Shown here piece after piece: positions 50,573-63,254 of a stretch of DNA of 64,000 bases. This DNA is from Eledone cirrhosa (Eukaryota). The stretch spans positions 7,564,001 to 7,628,000 of the forward strand of contig OZ024766.1 of assembly GCA_964016885.1 (NCBI GenBank), in the 5' to 3' direction. The notes under the pieces are model-generated. The model did no database searches, was not told the origin of the DNA, and saw only the letters and a program-made list of their open reading frames with translations. The first letter of the stretch is position 1. Each line of letters opens with the position of its first letter. The position numbers and the translations under genes were made by a program.

Positions 50573-51266
50573 CAGACATGGGCGCCCAGGCAGGGACCCT
50601 GCAAAAAAGATCTGTCCGAGGTGCGTGCGAGACGAAGAAACCGTCGCGCACGCATTCATACACTGCCCGGGTGTCACTGACCTGTGGGGCTATGTAGAAC
50701 GACTATTGTCGCGGGTGGGACCAATCCGGTTGACCACCGAGTCCATTGTCATAATCAAACCGCCACCCTCCTTCAAAAACGAAGGAGAGGCGGTTTTCCT
50801 TTGTGAGATAGCTATGGCGAAAGAGGTTGTATGGTGGACAAGGTTGAAAGGGCTGAGGTCAGACACCTATCTCTCCGGCCAACAACTGATTCTTTTTTTC
50901 AAATACCACTTTGGAAGAAGAATCAGGATGGAGAGAGAGGTGCTGTACCCCAGCAAGTTTTATGAAAGGTGGGTGAAAGTGGCGAGAATGGCCCGAGTGA
51001 ATGGGCCTTCTCTCTATATCAGCCAGTAGGTTGAGGAAAAGGAGGGGAGGAAAGGAGTACAAACTCTTCGTACTCCTGGAGATGAGGGTTGCACATTTTT
51101 TTCGGGGGTATGTGTTACCCATATAAACTGTCTCCCCCTATTGGGGAAACTCGACTAACTTTTTAAATTCCATTTGTGATAACATTTTACACGTTTTTAT
51201 TGTATGTAAACTTCCCCCTTTGTACTTGTCCCCTTCTTTTGTGCTCCTGTGGCTAATAAAGAAATA
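50573..51266 (+). mobile_element. Second Tx1-like LINE 3' end (different subfamily)
   Basis: CPRCVRDEETVAHAFIHCP..LW; flanked by (TATC)n on both sides. Confidence 0.85.
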
Positions 51267-51297
51267 TATCTATCTATCCATCTATCTGTCATTTCAG

Positions 51298-51354
51298 GAC
51301 CTGTGAATCTGAATCTATTCAAAGATGACAAAACATGTGCCAAGAGGTGTATCG
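51298..51354 (+). CDS. Apolipophorin/LLTP-like gene, exon 2 (GPVNLNLFKDDKTCAKRCI)
   Basis: TTTCAG| acceptor, G|GTATGT donor, 57 nt, phase 1-1, CxxxC motif. Confidence 0.7.
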
Positions 51355-51449
51355 GTATGTTTAAATTTGTCGTAAAATTTTAATAAGATACTATAATGGA
51401 CCATGTATTCTTCGATTCTCTACAGATTGTCCCCTATTGAAGTCTGATA

Positions 51450-53474
51450 TAATAATGAAATTATTGTGTACAGTGCTCAGGTGCACTACAACTCATCAAA
51501 GGTGCATGTATAGTACATAGAATAATGTACAAATTGTCAGGAAAATGAACAGTGTATGTGTCATGATATACAGACAGATACACGTGTGCATATATATATA
51601 TACATGCGTGTGTATGGAGGGAGGGGGGGGATATCAGGTGTAGTGTCGGCAACTTTTAGGAAGTATGGAGGTTTTAAAGGATGCTGCAGTGTCTCGACAG
51701 CTAACAACTGATGCAGGGAGTTTGTTCCATGGAGGTTTTAAAGGATGCAGTGTCTCGACAGCTAACAACTGATGCAGGTAGTTTGTTCCATGGAGGTTTT
51801 AAAGGATGCAGTGTCTCGACAGCTAACAACTGATGTAGGTAGTTTGTTCCATGGAGGTTTTAAAGGATGCAGTGTCTCGACAGCTAACAACCGATGCAGG
51901 GAGTTTGTTCCATGGAGGTTTTAAAGGATGCAGTGTCTCGACAGCTAACAACTGATGTAGGTAGTTTGTTCCATGGAGGTTTTAAACGATGCAGTGTCTC
52001 GACAGCTAACAACTGATGCAGGTAGTTTGTTCCATGGAGGTTTTAAAGGATGCAGTGTCTCGACAGCTAACAACTGATGTAGGTAGTTTGTTCCATGGAG
52101 GTTTTAAAGGATGCAGTGTCTCGACAGCTAACAACTGATGCAGGTAGTTTGTTCCATGGAGGTTTTAAAGGATGCAGTGTCTCGACAGCTAACAACTGAT
52201 GTAGGTAGTTTGTTCCATGGAGGTTTTAAAGGATACAGTGTCTCGACAGTTAACAACTGATGCAGGGAGTTTGTTCCATGGAGGTTTTAAAGGATGCAGT
52301 GTCTCGACAGCTAACAACTGATGTAGGTAGTTTGTTCCATGGAGGTTTTAAAGGATGCAGTGTCTCGACAGCTAACAACTGATGTAGGTAGTTTGTTCCA
52401 TGGAGGTTTTAAAGGATGCAGTGTCTCGACAGCTAACAACTGATGTAGGTAGTTTGTTCCATGGAGGTTTTAAAGGATGCAGTGTCTCGACAGCTAACAA
52501 CTGATGTAGGTAGTTTGTTCCATGGAGGTTTTAAAGGATGCAGTGTCTCGACAGCTAACAACTGATGTAGGTAGTTTGTTCCATGGAGGTTTTAAAGGAT
52601 GCAGTGTCTCGACAGCTAACAACTGATGTAGGTAGTTTGTTCCATGGAGGTTTTAAAGGATGCAGTGTCTCGACAGCTAACAACTGATGTAGGTAGTTTG
52701 TTCCATGGAGGTTTTAAAGGATGCAGTGTCTCGACAGCTAACAACTGATGCAGGTAGTTTGTTCCATGGAGGTTTTAAAGGATGCAGTGTCTCGACAGCT
52801 AACAACTGATGTAGGTAGTTTGTTCCATGGAGGTTTTAAAGGATGCAGTGTCTCGACAGCTAACAACTGATGTAGGTAGTTTGTTCCATGGAGGTTTTAA
52901 AGGATGCAGTGTCTCGACAGCTAACAACTGATGTAGGTAGTTTGTTCCATGGAGGTTTTAAAGGATGCAGTGTCTCGACAGCTGACAACTGATGCAGGTA
53001 GTTTGTTCCATGGAGGTTTTAAAGGATGCAGTGTCTCGACAGCTAACAACTGATGTAGGTAGTTTGTTCCATGGAGGTTTTAAAGGATGCAGTGTCTCGA
53101 CAGCTAACAACCGATGCAGGGAGTTTGTTCCATGGAGGTTTTAAAGGATGCAGTGTCTCGACAGCTAACAACTGATGTAGGTAGTTTGTTCCATGGAGGT
53201 TTTAAACGATGCAGTGTCTCGACAGCTAACAACTGATGCAGGGAGTTTGTTCCATGGAGGTTTTAAAGGATGCAGTGTCTCGACAGCTAACAACCGATGC
53301 AGGTAGTTTGTTCCATGGAGGTTTTAAAGGATGCAGTGTCTCGACAGCTAACAACCGATGCAGGTAGTTTGTTCCATGTTTCAGCAACTCTGAGCATGGA
53401 AAAATGTTTCCGAAAGTCATGGATACTGTGCTGTTTTCTGACTTTGTCGGCATCTCCACGTGTGTTCGACACAC
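51450..53474 (-). mobile_element. CR1-group LINE 3' end with a 61-bp array (~28 copies, 51667-53377)
   Basis: Unit encodes WNKLPASVVSCRDTASFK; same family as 4040-4963. Confidence 0.9.
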
Positions 53475-53523
53475 TGTTGTATGTTTATATCCTTGGGTGT
53501 ATGTAATCATGATCATCGTTTAA

Positions 53524-55109
53524 CCGTTTAGCATTAAACCGGCCATATCCAGCCAGAAATCTCTCACCTCTTTCTGTCCAAACCGGCTGTCATTGAGTGC
53601 ACATACCGATGTTAAGGTATTGTTCTTGAAATAAATAACATTAAAATCTCGTCGATTCGATATATGTGAGATATTATGTGAGGTAAAGCCTTTACTGTGA
53701 CAATACAATAGTATATATAGAGTAATGTAAATGTTATGTGAGATATTATGTGAGGTAAAGCCTTTACTGTGAAAATACAATAGTATATATAGAGTAATGT
53801 AAATGTTATGTGAGATATTATGTGAGGTAAAGCCTTTACTGTGACAATACAATAGTATATATAGAGTAATGTAAATGTTATGTGAGATATTATGTGAGGT
53901 AAAGCCTTTACTGTGACAATACAATAGTATATATAGAGTAATGTAAATGTTATGTGAGATATTATGTGAGGTAAAGCCTTTACTGTGACAATACAATAGT
54001 ATATATAGAGTAATGTAAATGTTATGTGAGATATTATGTGAGGTAAAGCCTTTACTGTGACAATACAATAGTATATATAGAGTAATGTAAACGTTATGTG
54101 AGATATTATGTGAGATAAAGCCTTTACTGTGACAATACAATAGTATATATAGAGTAATGTAAATGTTATGTGAGATATTATGTGAGGTAAAGCCTTTACT
54201 GTGACAATACAATAGTATATATAGAGTAATGTAAATGTTATGTGAGATATTATGTGAGGTAAAGCCTTTACTGTGACAATACAATAGTATATATAGAGTA
54301 ATGTAAACGTTATGTGAGATATTATGTGAGATAAAGCCTTTACTGTGACAATACAATAGTATATATAGAGTAATGTAAATGTTATGTGAGATATTATGTG
54401 AGGTAAAGCCTTTACTGTGACAATACAATAGTATATATAGAGTAATGTAAATGTTATGTGAGATATTATGTGAGGTAAAGCCTTTACTGTGACAATACAA
54501 TAGTATATATAGAGTAATGTAAACGTTATGTGAGATATTATGTGAGATAAAGCCTTTACTGTGACAATACAATAGTATATATAGAGTAATGTAAATGTTA
54601 TGTGAGATATTATGTGAGGTAAAGCCTTTACTGTGACAATACAATAGTATATATAGAGTAATGTAAATGTTATGTGAGATATTATGTGAGGTAAAGCCTT
54701 TACTGTGACAATACAATAGTATATATAGAGTAATGTAAACGTTATGTGAGATATTATGTGAGATAAAGCCTTTACTGTGACAATACAATAGTATATATAG
54801 AGTAATGTAAATGTTATGTGAGATATTATGTGAGGTAAAGCCTTTACTGTGACAATACAATAGTATATATAGAGTAATGTAAATGTTATGTGAGATATTA
54901 TGTGAGGTAAAGCCTTTACTGTGAAAATACAATAGTATATATAGAGTAATGTAAATGTTATGTGAGATATTATGTGAGGTAAAGCCTTTACTGTGACAAT
55001 ACAATAGTATATATAGAGTAATGTAAATGTTATGTGAGGTATTATGTGAGGTAAAGCCTTTACTGTGACAATACAATAGTATATATAGAGTAATGTAAAT
55101 GCTAAAGGG
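53524..55109. mobile_element. piggyBac-like MITE (TTAA TSD) filled with a 72-bp satellite (~20 copies)
   Basis: TTAA-CCGTTTAGCATT ... AATGCTAAAGGG-TTAA (11/12 TIR match). Confidence 0.75.
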
Positions 55110-55179
55110 TTAAGATCAAAATCCGTTTTTCCTCAAATGTTTGAAGCCCCCTCGTATAATCCTGAATTCTCTACTGCAG

Positions 55180-55340
55180 CAGTGAAAACTGTAGACTATG
55201 AGGTGGGCACGCTGTACCGTTACACTTACTCAGCCAAGTCAAGGACCCTGATTGCAGGATCCTCAGAGGATGAGGCCTTCGTCATGATAGATTTAAATGT
55301 CGAGATTGAAGCTACATCCCCCTGTGACTTTATTATGATG
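55180..55340 (+). CDS. Apolipophorin/LLTP-like gene, exon 3 (start of Vitellogenin_N/LPD-N domain)
   Basis: AVKTVDYEVGTLYRYTYSAKSRTLIAGSSE..NVEIEATSPCDFIMM; CAGCAG acceptor (55180 or 55183); GTATGT donor, phase 0. Confidence 0.82.
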
Positions 55341-55387
55341 GTATGTAGAATATTCACTCATTTTGTTTCTCTCCCTACTGGTTGTAC

Positions 55388-56118
55388 TGGTGTCGTGATA
55401 AAATACACCCAGTACACTCTGTAAAGTGGTTGTGTTGGTGTTGTGATAAAATACACCCAGTACACTCTGTAAAGTGGTAGTGTTGGTGTCATGGTAAAAT
55501 ACACCCAGTACACTCTGTAAAGTGGTAGTGTTGGTGTCATGGTAAAATACACCCAGTACACTCTGTAAAGTGGTATTGTTGGTGTCATGGTAAAATACAC
55601 CCAGTACACTCTGTAAAGTGGTAGTGTTGGTATCATGATATAATACACCCAGTACACTCTGTAAAGTGGTAGTGTTGGTATCATGATATAATACACCCAG
55701 TACACTCTGTAAAGTGGTAGTGTTGGTGTCATGGTAAAATACACCCAGTACACTCTGTAAAGTGGTAGTGTTGGTGTCGTGATAAAATACACCCAGTACA
55801 CTCTGTAAAGTGGTAGTGTTGGTATCATGATATAATACACCCAGTACACTCTGTAAAGTGGTAGTGTTGGTATCATGATATAATACACCCAGTACACTCT
55901 GTAAAGTGGTAGTGTTGGTGTCGTGATAAAATACACCCAGTACACTCTGTAAAGTGGTAGTGTTGGTGTCGTGATAAAATACACCCAGTACACTCTGTAA
56001 AGTGTTGGTGTCATGATAAAATACACCCAGTACACTCTGTAAAGTGTTGGTGTCATGATAAAATACACCCAGTACACTCTGTAAAGTGTTGGTGTCATGA
56101 TAAAATACACCCAGTACA
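55388..56118. repeat. 48/42-bp minisatellite (~15 copies)
   Basis: Unit AAAGTGGTAGTGTTGGTGTCATGGTAAAATACACCCAGTACACTCTGT. Confidence 0.9.
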
Positions 56119-56301
56119 CCACCAAAATACACCACCAACACCGACACCACCACCACCACCACTGACACCACCACCACCACTACCACCACCACTATCACCA
56201 GCACCACCACCACTACCACCACCACTATCACCACCGACACCACCACCACCACCACCACCACCACCCTCATCATCATCTTCTTTTCTTCCATAACTATTTA
56301 G

Positions 56302-56538
56302 CTGAAGAACACCAAACTCTCCGACTCCGAACACAAACGAGAGCGGTACCAAGCTAAAGTTGATTTTGGTCAAACTTTGGAACGGCACCCACTTCGGTTC
56401 TCGTTCCAAGGTGGTCGTATTGAGGATCTCTGTCCAAATCATGAAGAGCCCGCATGGAGTTTGAACATCAAAAAAGGTATCCTCTCAGCGCTACAGTCTT
56501 CCATGGAAGGGTTTAAGTACAACCAGACCTTCATCGAG
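56302..56538 (+). CDS. Apolipophorin/LLTP-like gene, exon 4
   Basis: LKNTKL..LERHPLRFSFQGGRIEDLCPNHEEPAWSLNIKKGILSALQ..FIE; the W.LNIK(K/R)GILS motif is typical of apolipophorin/apoB/vitellogenin; AG and GT sites, phase 0-0. Confidence 0.9.
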
Positions 56539-56634
56539 GTATGCAACAAACTTATATTTTCATATCTTTCAGAAAATCTCTCTCTCTCTCTCTCGAAGCT
56601 CAAGCCCTCATTACACAAACACACATATATAAAA

Positions 56635-57828
56635 TAATAATAATAAATAATAATAATAATGAAATTATTGTGTAAAGTGTTCAGGTGCACCACAACTCGT
56701 CAATATAGTACATAGAATAATACACAAATGTCAGGGAAGTACATGTGTGTATGTGTTAGCTGTTCTGTTGGCGGATCTCGGGAAGCATGGAAGCCTTAAA
56801 GGATGCAGTGTCTCGACAGCTAACAACTGATGCAGGTAGTTTGTTCCATGGAGGTTCTAAAAGATGCAGTGTCTCGACAGTTAACAACTGATGCAGGTAG
56901 TTTGTTCCATGGAGGTTTTAAAGGATGCAGTGTCTCGACAGCTAACAACTGATGCAGGTAGTTTGTTCCATGGAGGTTTTAAAGGATGCAGTGTCTCGAC
57001 AGCTAACAACTGATGCAGATAGTTTGTTCCATGGAGGTTTTAAAGGATGCAGTGTCTCGACAGCTAACAACTGATGCAGGTAGTTTGTTCCATGGAGGTT
57101 TTAAAGGATGCAGTGTCTCGATAGCTAACAACTGATGCAGGTAGTTTGTTCCATGGAGGTTCTAAAGGATGCAGTGTCTCGACAGTTAACAACTGATGCA
57201 GGTAGTTTGTTCCATGGAGGTTTTAAAGGATGCAGTGTCTCCACAGCTAACAACCGATGCAGGTAGTTTGTTCCATGGAGGTTTTAAAGGATGCAGTGTC
57301 TCGACAGCTAACAACTGATGCAGGTAGTTTGTTCCATGGAGGCCTTAAAGGATGCAGTGTCTTGACAGCTAACAACTGATGCAGGTAGTTTGTTCCATGG
57401 AGGCCTTAAAGGATGCAGTGTCTCGACAGCTAACAACTGATGCAGGTAGTTTGTTCCATGGAGGCCTTAAAGGATGCAGTGTCTCGACAGCTAACAACTG
57501 ATGCAGGTAGTTTGTTCCATGGAGGCCTTAAAGGATGCAGTGTCTCGACAGCTAACAACTGACGCAGGTAGTTTGTTCCATGCTTCAGCAACTCTGAGCG
57601 TGAAAAAATGTTTCCGAAAGTCATGGGAACTGTGCTGTTTTCTTACTTTGTGGGCATGTCCACGTGTGTTAGACACATGGAAATCGAAAAGGTACTCAGG
57701 GTTGTTGTTGGCAACATGGTTAACAATTTTGTGAGTGTTTACCAAGTCAGTTGCCAGGTGTCGGAGCTTCAATGAATCCATGTCCAGGGAAGCAAGGCGC
57801 TCAGAGTATGGTAGATGCCTGATGGAGG
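56635..57828 (-). mobile_element. CR1-group LINE 3' end with a 61-bp array (~13 copies)
   Basis: MDSLKLRHLATDLV..WNKLPASVVSCRD. Confidence 0.9.
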
Positions 57829-57908
57829 ATATATATATATAGTATTAAGGGTACTATTTATGGTTATGTATATACTAAAACCTTTTACACTATATACTTC
57901 TGACACAC

Positions 57909-57949
<41 letters not shown>

Positions 57950-57985
57950 TTCCATTACACTATATGCACTTACATTAGACTAAAC

Positions 57986-58476
57986 ATACTTCCAATACAC
58001 TATATACACTTCCAACACACTATATATACACTTCCAATACATTATATACATTGCCAACATACTATATACACCTCCAATACACTATATACATTGCCAACAT
58101 ACTATATACACCTCCAATACACTATATACACTATATACACTTCCAACACACTATATATACACTTCCAATACACTATATACATTGCCAACATACTATATAC
58201 ACTTCCAATACACTATATACATTGCCAACATACTATATACACCTCCAATACACTATATACACTATATACACTTCCAACACACTATATATACACTTCCAAT
58301 ACACTATATACATTGCCAACATACTATATACACCTCCAATACACTATATACACTATATACATTGCCAACATACTATATACACCTCCAATACACTATATAC
58401 ATTGCCAACATACTATATACACTATATACATTGCCAACATACTATATACACTATATACACTTCCAATACACTATAT
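57986..58476. repeat. Degenerate ~22-bp minisatellite (CACTATATACA/CCAA)
   Basis: Direct inspection. Confidence 0.85.
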
Positions 58477-58715
58477 GCCCTCATTACACAAACACATATA
58501 TATATATAGTATTAAATATACTATTTATGGTTATGTATATACTAAAACCTTTTATAGTTATATATATTTTAAACCCTAAACAGGTAAGGTCAGTAATTTA
58601 TTACTACCTTATTACCAGTAAGATAAATAGCTCAATGTAATAACATCAGTTGTTCTACAGAGCAGTTATATAGAAATTATAGAATTTCCATATATATATA
58701 TATGTATTTGGCGCT

Positions 58716-59148
58716 TTGGCGCTATGCAGTAATACAGAAGACCCACCTTGCCTAAGTGCAAAGCGAAACCACCTACAGTCAGTAGGCACCTCTTAACCAA
58801 AATACACCCCCGTCCCACTACCCCTACCGCCATTTACACCACCCCTTTCAATGTAAAGTTATGTTGGTACCACAACATCCAGCCCGAAACAAATGAGGTC
58901 GTGTAGGTGTCACGAAAAAAAAACACACAGTCCACGCTGTAATGTGGCCGTGTAGGCAACACGGTAAAAACCTCCCAGTCCACACTGTAAACGTGGTTGG
59001 TGTTAGGAAGGGCATCCAGCCGTAGAAAACACACCAGTCAGTCCTATGCGAGCAAGACAACCACTCTTGCCTCAAGTGGGAAAACTCCCATCCAAACCCA
59101 TGCTAGCGTGGAAGATGGACATTAAACGATGATGATGATGATGATGAT
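58716..59148 (+). mobile_element. RTE LINE 3'UTR fragment with (GAT)n tail
   Basis: Matches 13497-13910. Confidence 0.85.
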
Positions 59149-59499
59149 ATATATATATATATAACGGGTGTTAGAAGGTAAGGGGACACAACAAGAGGTG
59201 GACAGTCTCCCTTCGTCAGTAGTTAATTACGGGTCACAGGCGTTTCAGCCCATTATTAACTATACATCTATCTGTAGCACGCCCATAGCCTTTTATCTAT
59301 CAAAAGGCCACGAGGGAGAGAAAGAAAAGAAAGAGAGAAGAGTAAAAAAGGAAAAAAAAGGAAAAAAGGAAAAAAGAAGAAAACAAAGGAAAAATATATG
59401 TATACTCTTTTACTCTTTTACCTGTTTCAGCCATCCGGCTGAGGCCATGCTGGGGCACATATATATATATTTCCGACCTTACACACTTATATCTCTCCA

Positions 59500-61156
59500 A
59501 GACGATGTCACTGGACCGAGATCTTTGGCGCTATACAGTAATACAGAAGAGCCGCCTTGCCTAAGTACAAAGCGAAACCTACTACAGTCAGTAGGCACCT
59601 CAAACAAAAATACACCCCGTCCCACTACCCCTACCGCCATTTACACCACCCCTTTCAATGTAAAGTTATGTTGGTACCACAACGTCCAGTCCTAAACAAA
59701 TGAGGTCGTGTAGGTGTCACGACAAAAATACACCCTGTCCCACTACACCTACCGCCATTTACACCACCCCTTTCAATGTAAAGTTATGTTGGTACCACAA
59801 CATCCAGTCCTAAACAAATGAGGTCGTGTAGGTGTCACGACAAAAATACACCCTGTCCCACTACACCTACCGCCATTTACACCACCCCTTTCAATGTAAA
59901 GTTATGTTGGTACCACAACATCCAGTCCTAAACAAATGAGGTCGTGTAGGTGTCACGACAAAAATACACCCCGTCCCACTACACCTACCGCCATTTACAC
60001 CACCCCTTTCAATGTAAAGTTATGTTGGTACCACAACATCCAGTCCTAAACAAATGAGGTCGTGTAGGTGTCACAACAAAAATACACCCTGTCCCACTAC
60101 CCCTACCGCCATTTACACCACCCCTTTCAATGTAAAGTTATGTTGGTACCACAACATCCAGTCCTAAACAAATGAGGTCGTGTAGGTGTCACAACAAAAA
60201 TACACCCTGTCCCACTACACCTACCGCCATTTACACCACCCCTTTCAATGTAAAGTTATGTTGGTACCACAACATCCAGTCCTAAACAAATGAGGTCGTG
60301 TAGGTGTCACAACAAAAATACACCCTGTCCCACTACACCTACCGCCATTTACACCACCCCTTTCAATGTAAAGTTATGTTGGTACCACAACATCCAGTCC
60401 TAAACAAATGAGGTCGTGTAGGTGTCACAACAAAAATACACCCTGTCCCACTACACCTACCGCCATTTACACCACCCCTTTCAATGTAAAGTTATGTTGG
60501 TACCACAACATCCAGTCCTAAACAAATGAGGTCGTGTAGGTGTCACAACAAAAATACACCCTGTCCCACTACACCTACCGCCATTTACACCACCCCTTTC
60601 AATGTAAAGTTATGTTGGTACCACAACATCCAGTCCTAAACAAATGAGGTCGTGTAGGTGTCACAACAAAAATACACCCTGTCCCACTACACCTACCGCC
60701 ATTTACACCACCCCTTTCAATGTAAAGTTATGTTGGTACCACAACATCCAGTCCTAAACAAATGAGGTCGTGTAGGTGTCACAACAAAAATACACCCTGT
60801 CCCACTACACCTACCGCCATTTACACCACCCCTTTCAATGTAAAGTTATGTTGGTACCACAACATCCAGTCCTAAACAAATGAGGTCGTGTAGGTGTCAC
60901 AACAAAAATACACCCTGTCCCACTACACCTACCGCCATTTACACCACCCCTTTCAATGTAAAGTTATGTTGGTACCACAACGTCCAGTCCTAAACAAATG
61001 AGGTCGTGTAGGTGTCACGACAAAAATACACCCCGTCCCACTACCCCTACCGCCATTTACACCACCCCTTTCAATGTAAAGTTATGTTGGTACCACAACA
61101 TCCAGTCCTAAACAAATGAGGTCGTGTAGGTGTCATGACAAAAAAACACACAGTCC
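59500..61156 (+). mobile_element. RTE 3'UTR fragment with a 118-bp array (~13 copies)
   Basis: AAAAATACACCC at 59724, 59842 and onward; the unit is the 3'UTR segment seen single-copy at 58800-58915. Confidence 0.9.
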
Positions 61157-61380
61157 TACTACTGTGTTATTTTTTCCTAGACAGTAATCTTGCGAACAGA
61201 TATCGTCCGCACCCTGTATATATATTTGTAGTAAGGTTGCTTGGATGCTTCGAGAGGTGGTATACCAGTTGAACTCTCTATGCTCCTTCGGTGCAGAGTA
61301 TCATAACAGTGATGTATTGGAACACAATTTATTGCGAAATTACAACTGTTTATCCGGCGAACAGCTTGAGGTGCGATCAT

Positions 61381-62507
61381 ATCATCATCATCATCCTCAT
61401 TTTACATCCGCTCTTCCCTGCTTGCAAGGGTGGGGACGGGAACTGATTCTGGCTTGATTTCTACAGTTGGATGCCCTTCCTAACACCAACCTCATTTACA
61501 GTGAGAGCTCGGTGCTTTTTCGTGGCGCCTACACGTCCACTTTACAGTGAGTGCTGGGTGCTTTTTCGTGGCACCTACACGTCCACTTTACAGTGAGTGC
61601 TGGGTGCTTTTTCGTGGCACCTCCACGTCCACTTTACAGTGAGTGCTCGGTGCTTTTTCGTGGCACCTACACGTCCACTTTACAGTGAGTGCTCGGTGCT
61701 TTTTCGTGGCACCTCCACGTCCACTTTACAGTGAGTGCTGGGTGCTTTTTCGTGGCACCTACACGTCCACTTTACAGTGAGTGCTCGGTGCTTTTTCGTG
61801 GCACATACACGTCCACTTTACAGTGAGTGCTCGGTGCTTTTTCGTGGTACCTCCACGTCCACTTTACAGTGAGTGCTCGGTGCTTTTTCGTGGCCCTACA
61901 CGTCCACTTTACAGTGAGTGCTGGGTGCTTTTTCATGGTACCTCCACGTCCACTTTACAGTGAGTGCTGGGTGCTTTTTCGTGGCACCTCCATGTCCACT
62001 TTACAGTGAGTGCTCGGTGCTTTTTCGTGGCACCTCCACGTCCACTTTACAGTGAGTGCTGGGTGCTTTTTCGTGGCACCTCCACGTCCACTTTACAGTG
62101 AGTGCTCGGTGCTTTTTCGTGGCGCCTACACGTCCACTTTACAGTGAGTGCTGGGTGCTTTTTCGTGGCACCTCCACGACCACTTTACAGTGAGTGCTCG
62201 GTGCTTTTTCGTGGCACCTCCACGTCCACTTTACAGTGAGTGCTCGGTGCTTTTTCGTGGCACCTCCACGTCCACTTTACAGTGAGTGCTCGGTGCTTTT
62301 TCGTGGCACCTCCACGTCCACTTTACAGTGTGGGCTGGGTGCTTTTTTGCTGTGGAACCTCCACGACCACCTTGCAGTGGAGGGTGTGGGGGCATATTGT
62401 CTATATGCTTCAGCTTGTACCCATGGGAGGTCAGGTACTCTGTATTACTGTGTGACGCCAGAAGTCACGGTCGTGTGTCATTGCCTTTGAGAGGTGTAAT
62501 TGGGTAA
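61381..62507 (-). mobile_element. RTE 3' end with a 46-bp array (~18 copies)
   Basis: Matches 48110-48400 in reverse; unit GTGCTTTTTCGTGGCACCTCCACGTCCACTTTACAGTGAGTGCTCG. Confidence 0.88.
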
Positions 62508-62527
62508 TATTCTTTCTACGATCATAG

Positions 62528-62677
62528 ACGGACGTGAATGGTGACTGTGAGACCCACTATTCAGCCAGTTCTAATTCCAGAGATTACACCATCTCCAAGA
62601 CCAAGGATCTAACCAAATGTAAGCGGCGCCAGGAACACAGCACCGCCATCCAGTCTGTAGGATATTCCTTGGACTCT
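62528..62677 (+). CDS. Apolipophorin/LLTP-like gene, exon 5 (gene continues beyond the window)
   Basis: TDVNGDCETHY..ISKTKDLTKCKRR; splices to give E-TDVNGDC (the ExDVxGxC motif); TAG| acceptor and |GTAAGA donor, 150 nt, phase 0-0. Confidence 0.88.
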
Positions 62678-62747
62678 GTAAGAATTTCTGCTACATTTTT
62701 CTATTTTTCTATATAAATATGTACCTATATCTCTCTCTCTCTCTCTC

Positions 62748-62883
<136 letters not shown>

Positions 62884-63098
62884 AAAGTTTTATTTAAAAT
62901 TGTTGGGTTACAACAAATAAATATTTTATAACTGATATAAAGCACTCAACAAGTTTTGGAATAGATATACGATATTAAACAAATGGAAACTATATTTATA
63001 AAACCATATTTATTTCACTACCAAACCAACTTTTTTAAATGGAAGTTGAACAATATTCATGGTACGTCAAATTTATTTATAAAACTGCTTATATATTG

Positions 63099-63164
63099 TA
63101 TTTTGTCTGAAGAAGGCATGCCATATTTCTAATATGGTATCCCTGAAATATGTATAATGAAATA
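63099..63164 (+). ncRNA. Hammerhead ribozyme, family C
   Basis: Near-identical to 33785-33850. Confidence 0.75.
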
Positions 63165-63204
63165 AATATGGTTTTATAAATATAGTTTCCATTTGTTTAA
63201 TATC

Positions 63205-63243
<39 letters not shown>

Positions 63244-63254
63244 AAAAAAAAAAA

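Noticed and set aside
53520-55076. 518-aa ORF with a 24-aa repeat
   Set aside because: Consequence of a stop-free 72-bp satellite inside a MITE
59180-59250. Minus-strand CTGACGA-AGGGAGAC..GTCCCCT (and CTGACGA at 35312)
   Set aside because: No correctly placed GAAA after stem II
632-61140. Impression that array periods are multiples of 10 bp
   Set aside because: Counted periods are 151, 134, 81, 52, 49, 80, 145, 108, 89, 65, 61, 72, 48, 118 and 46, which show no such rule
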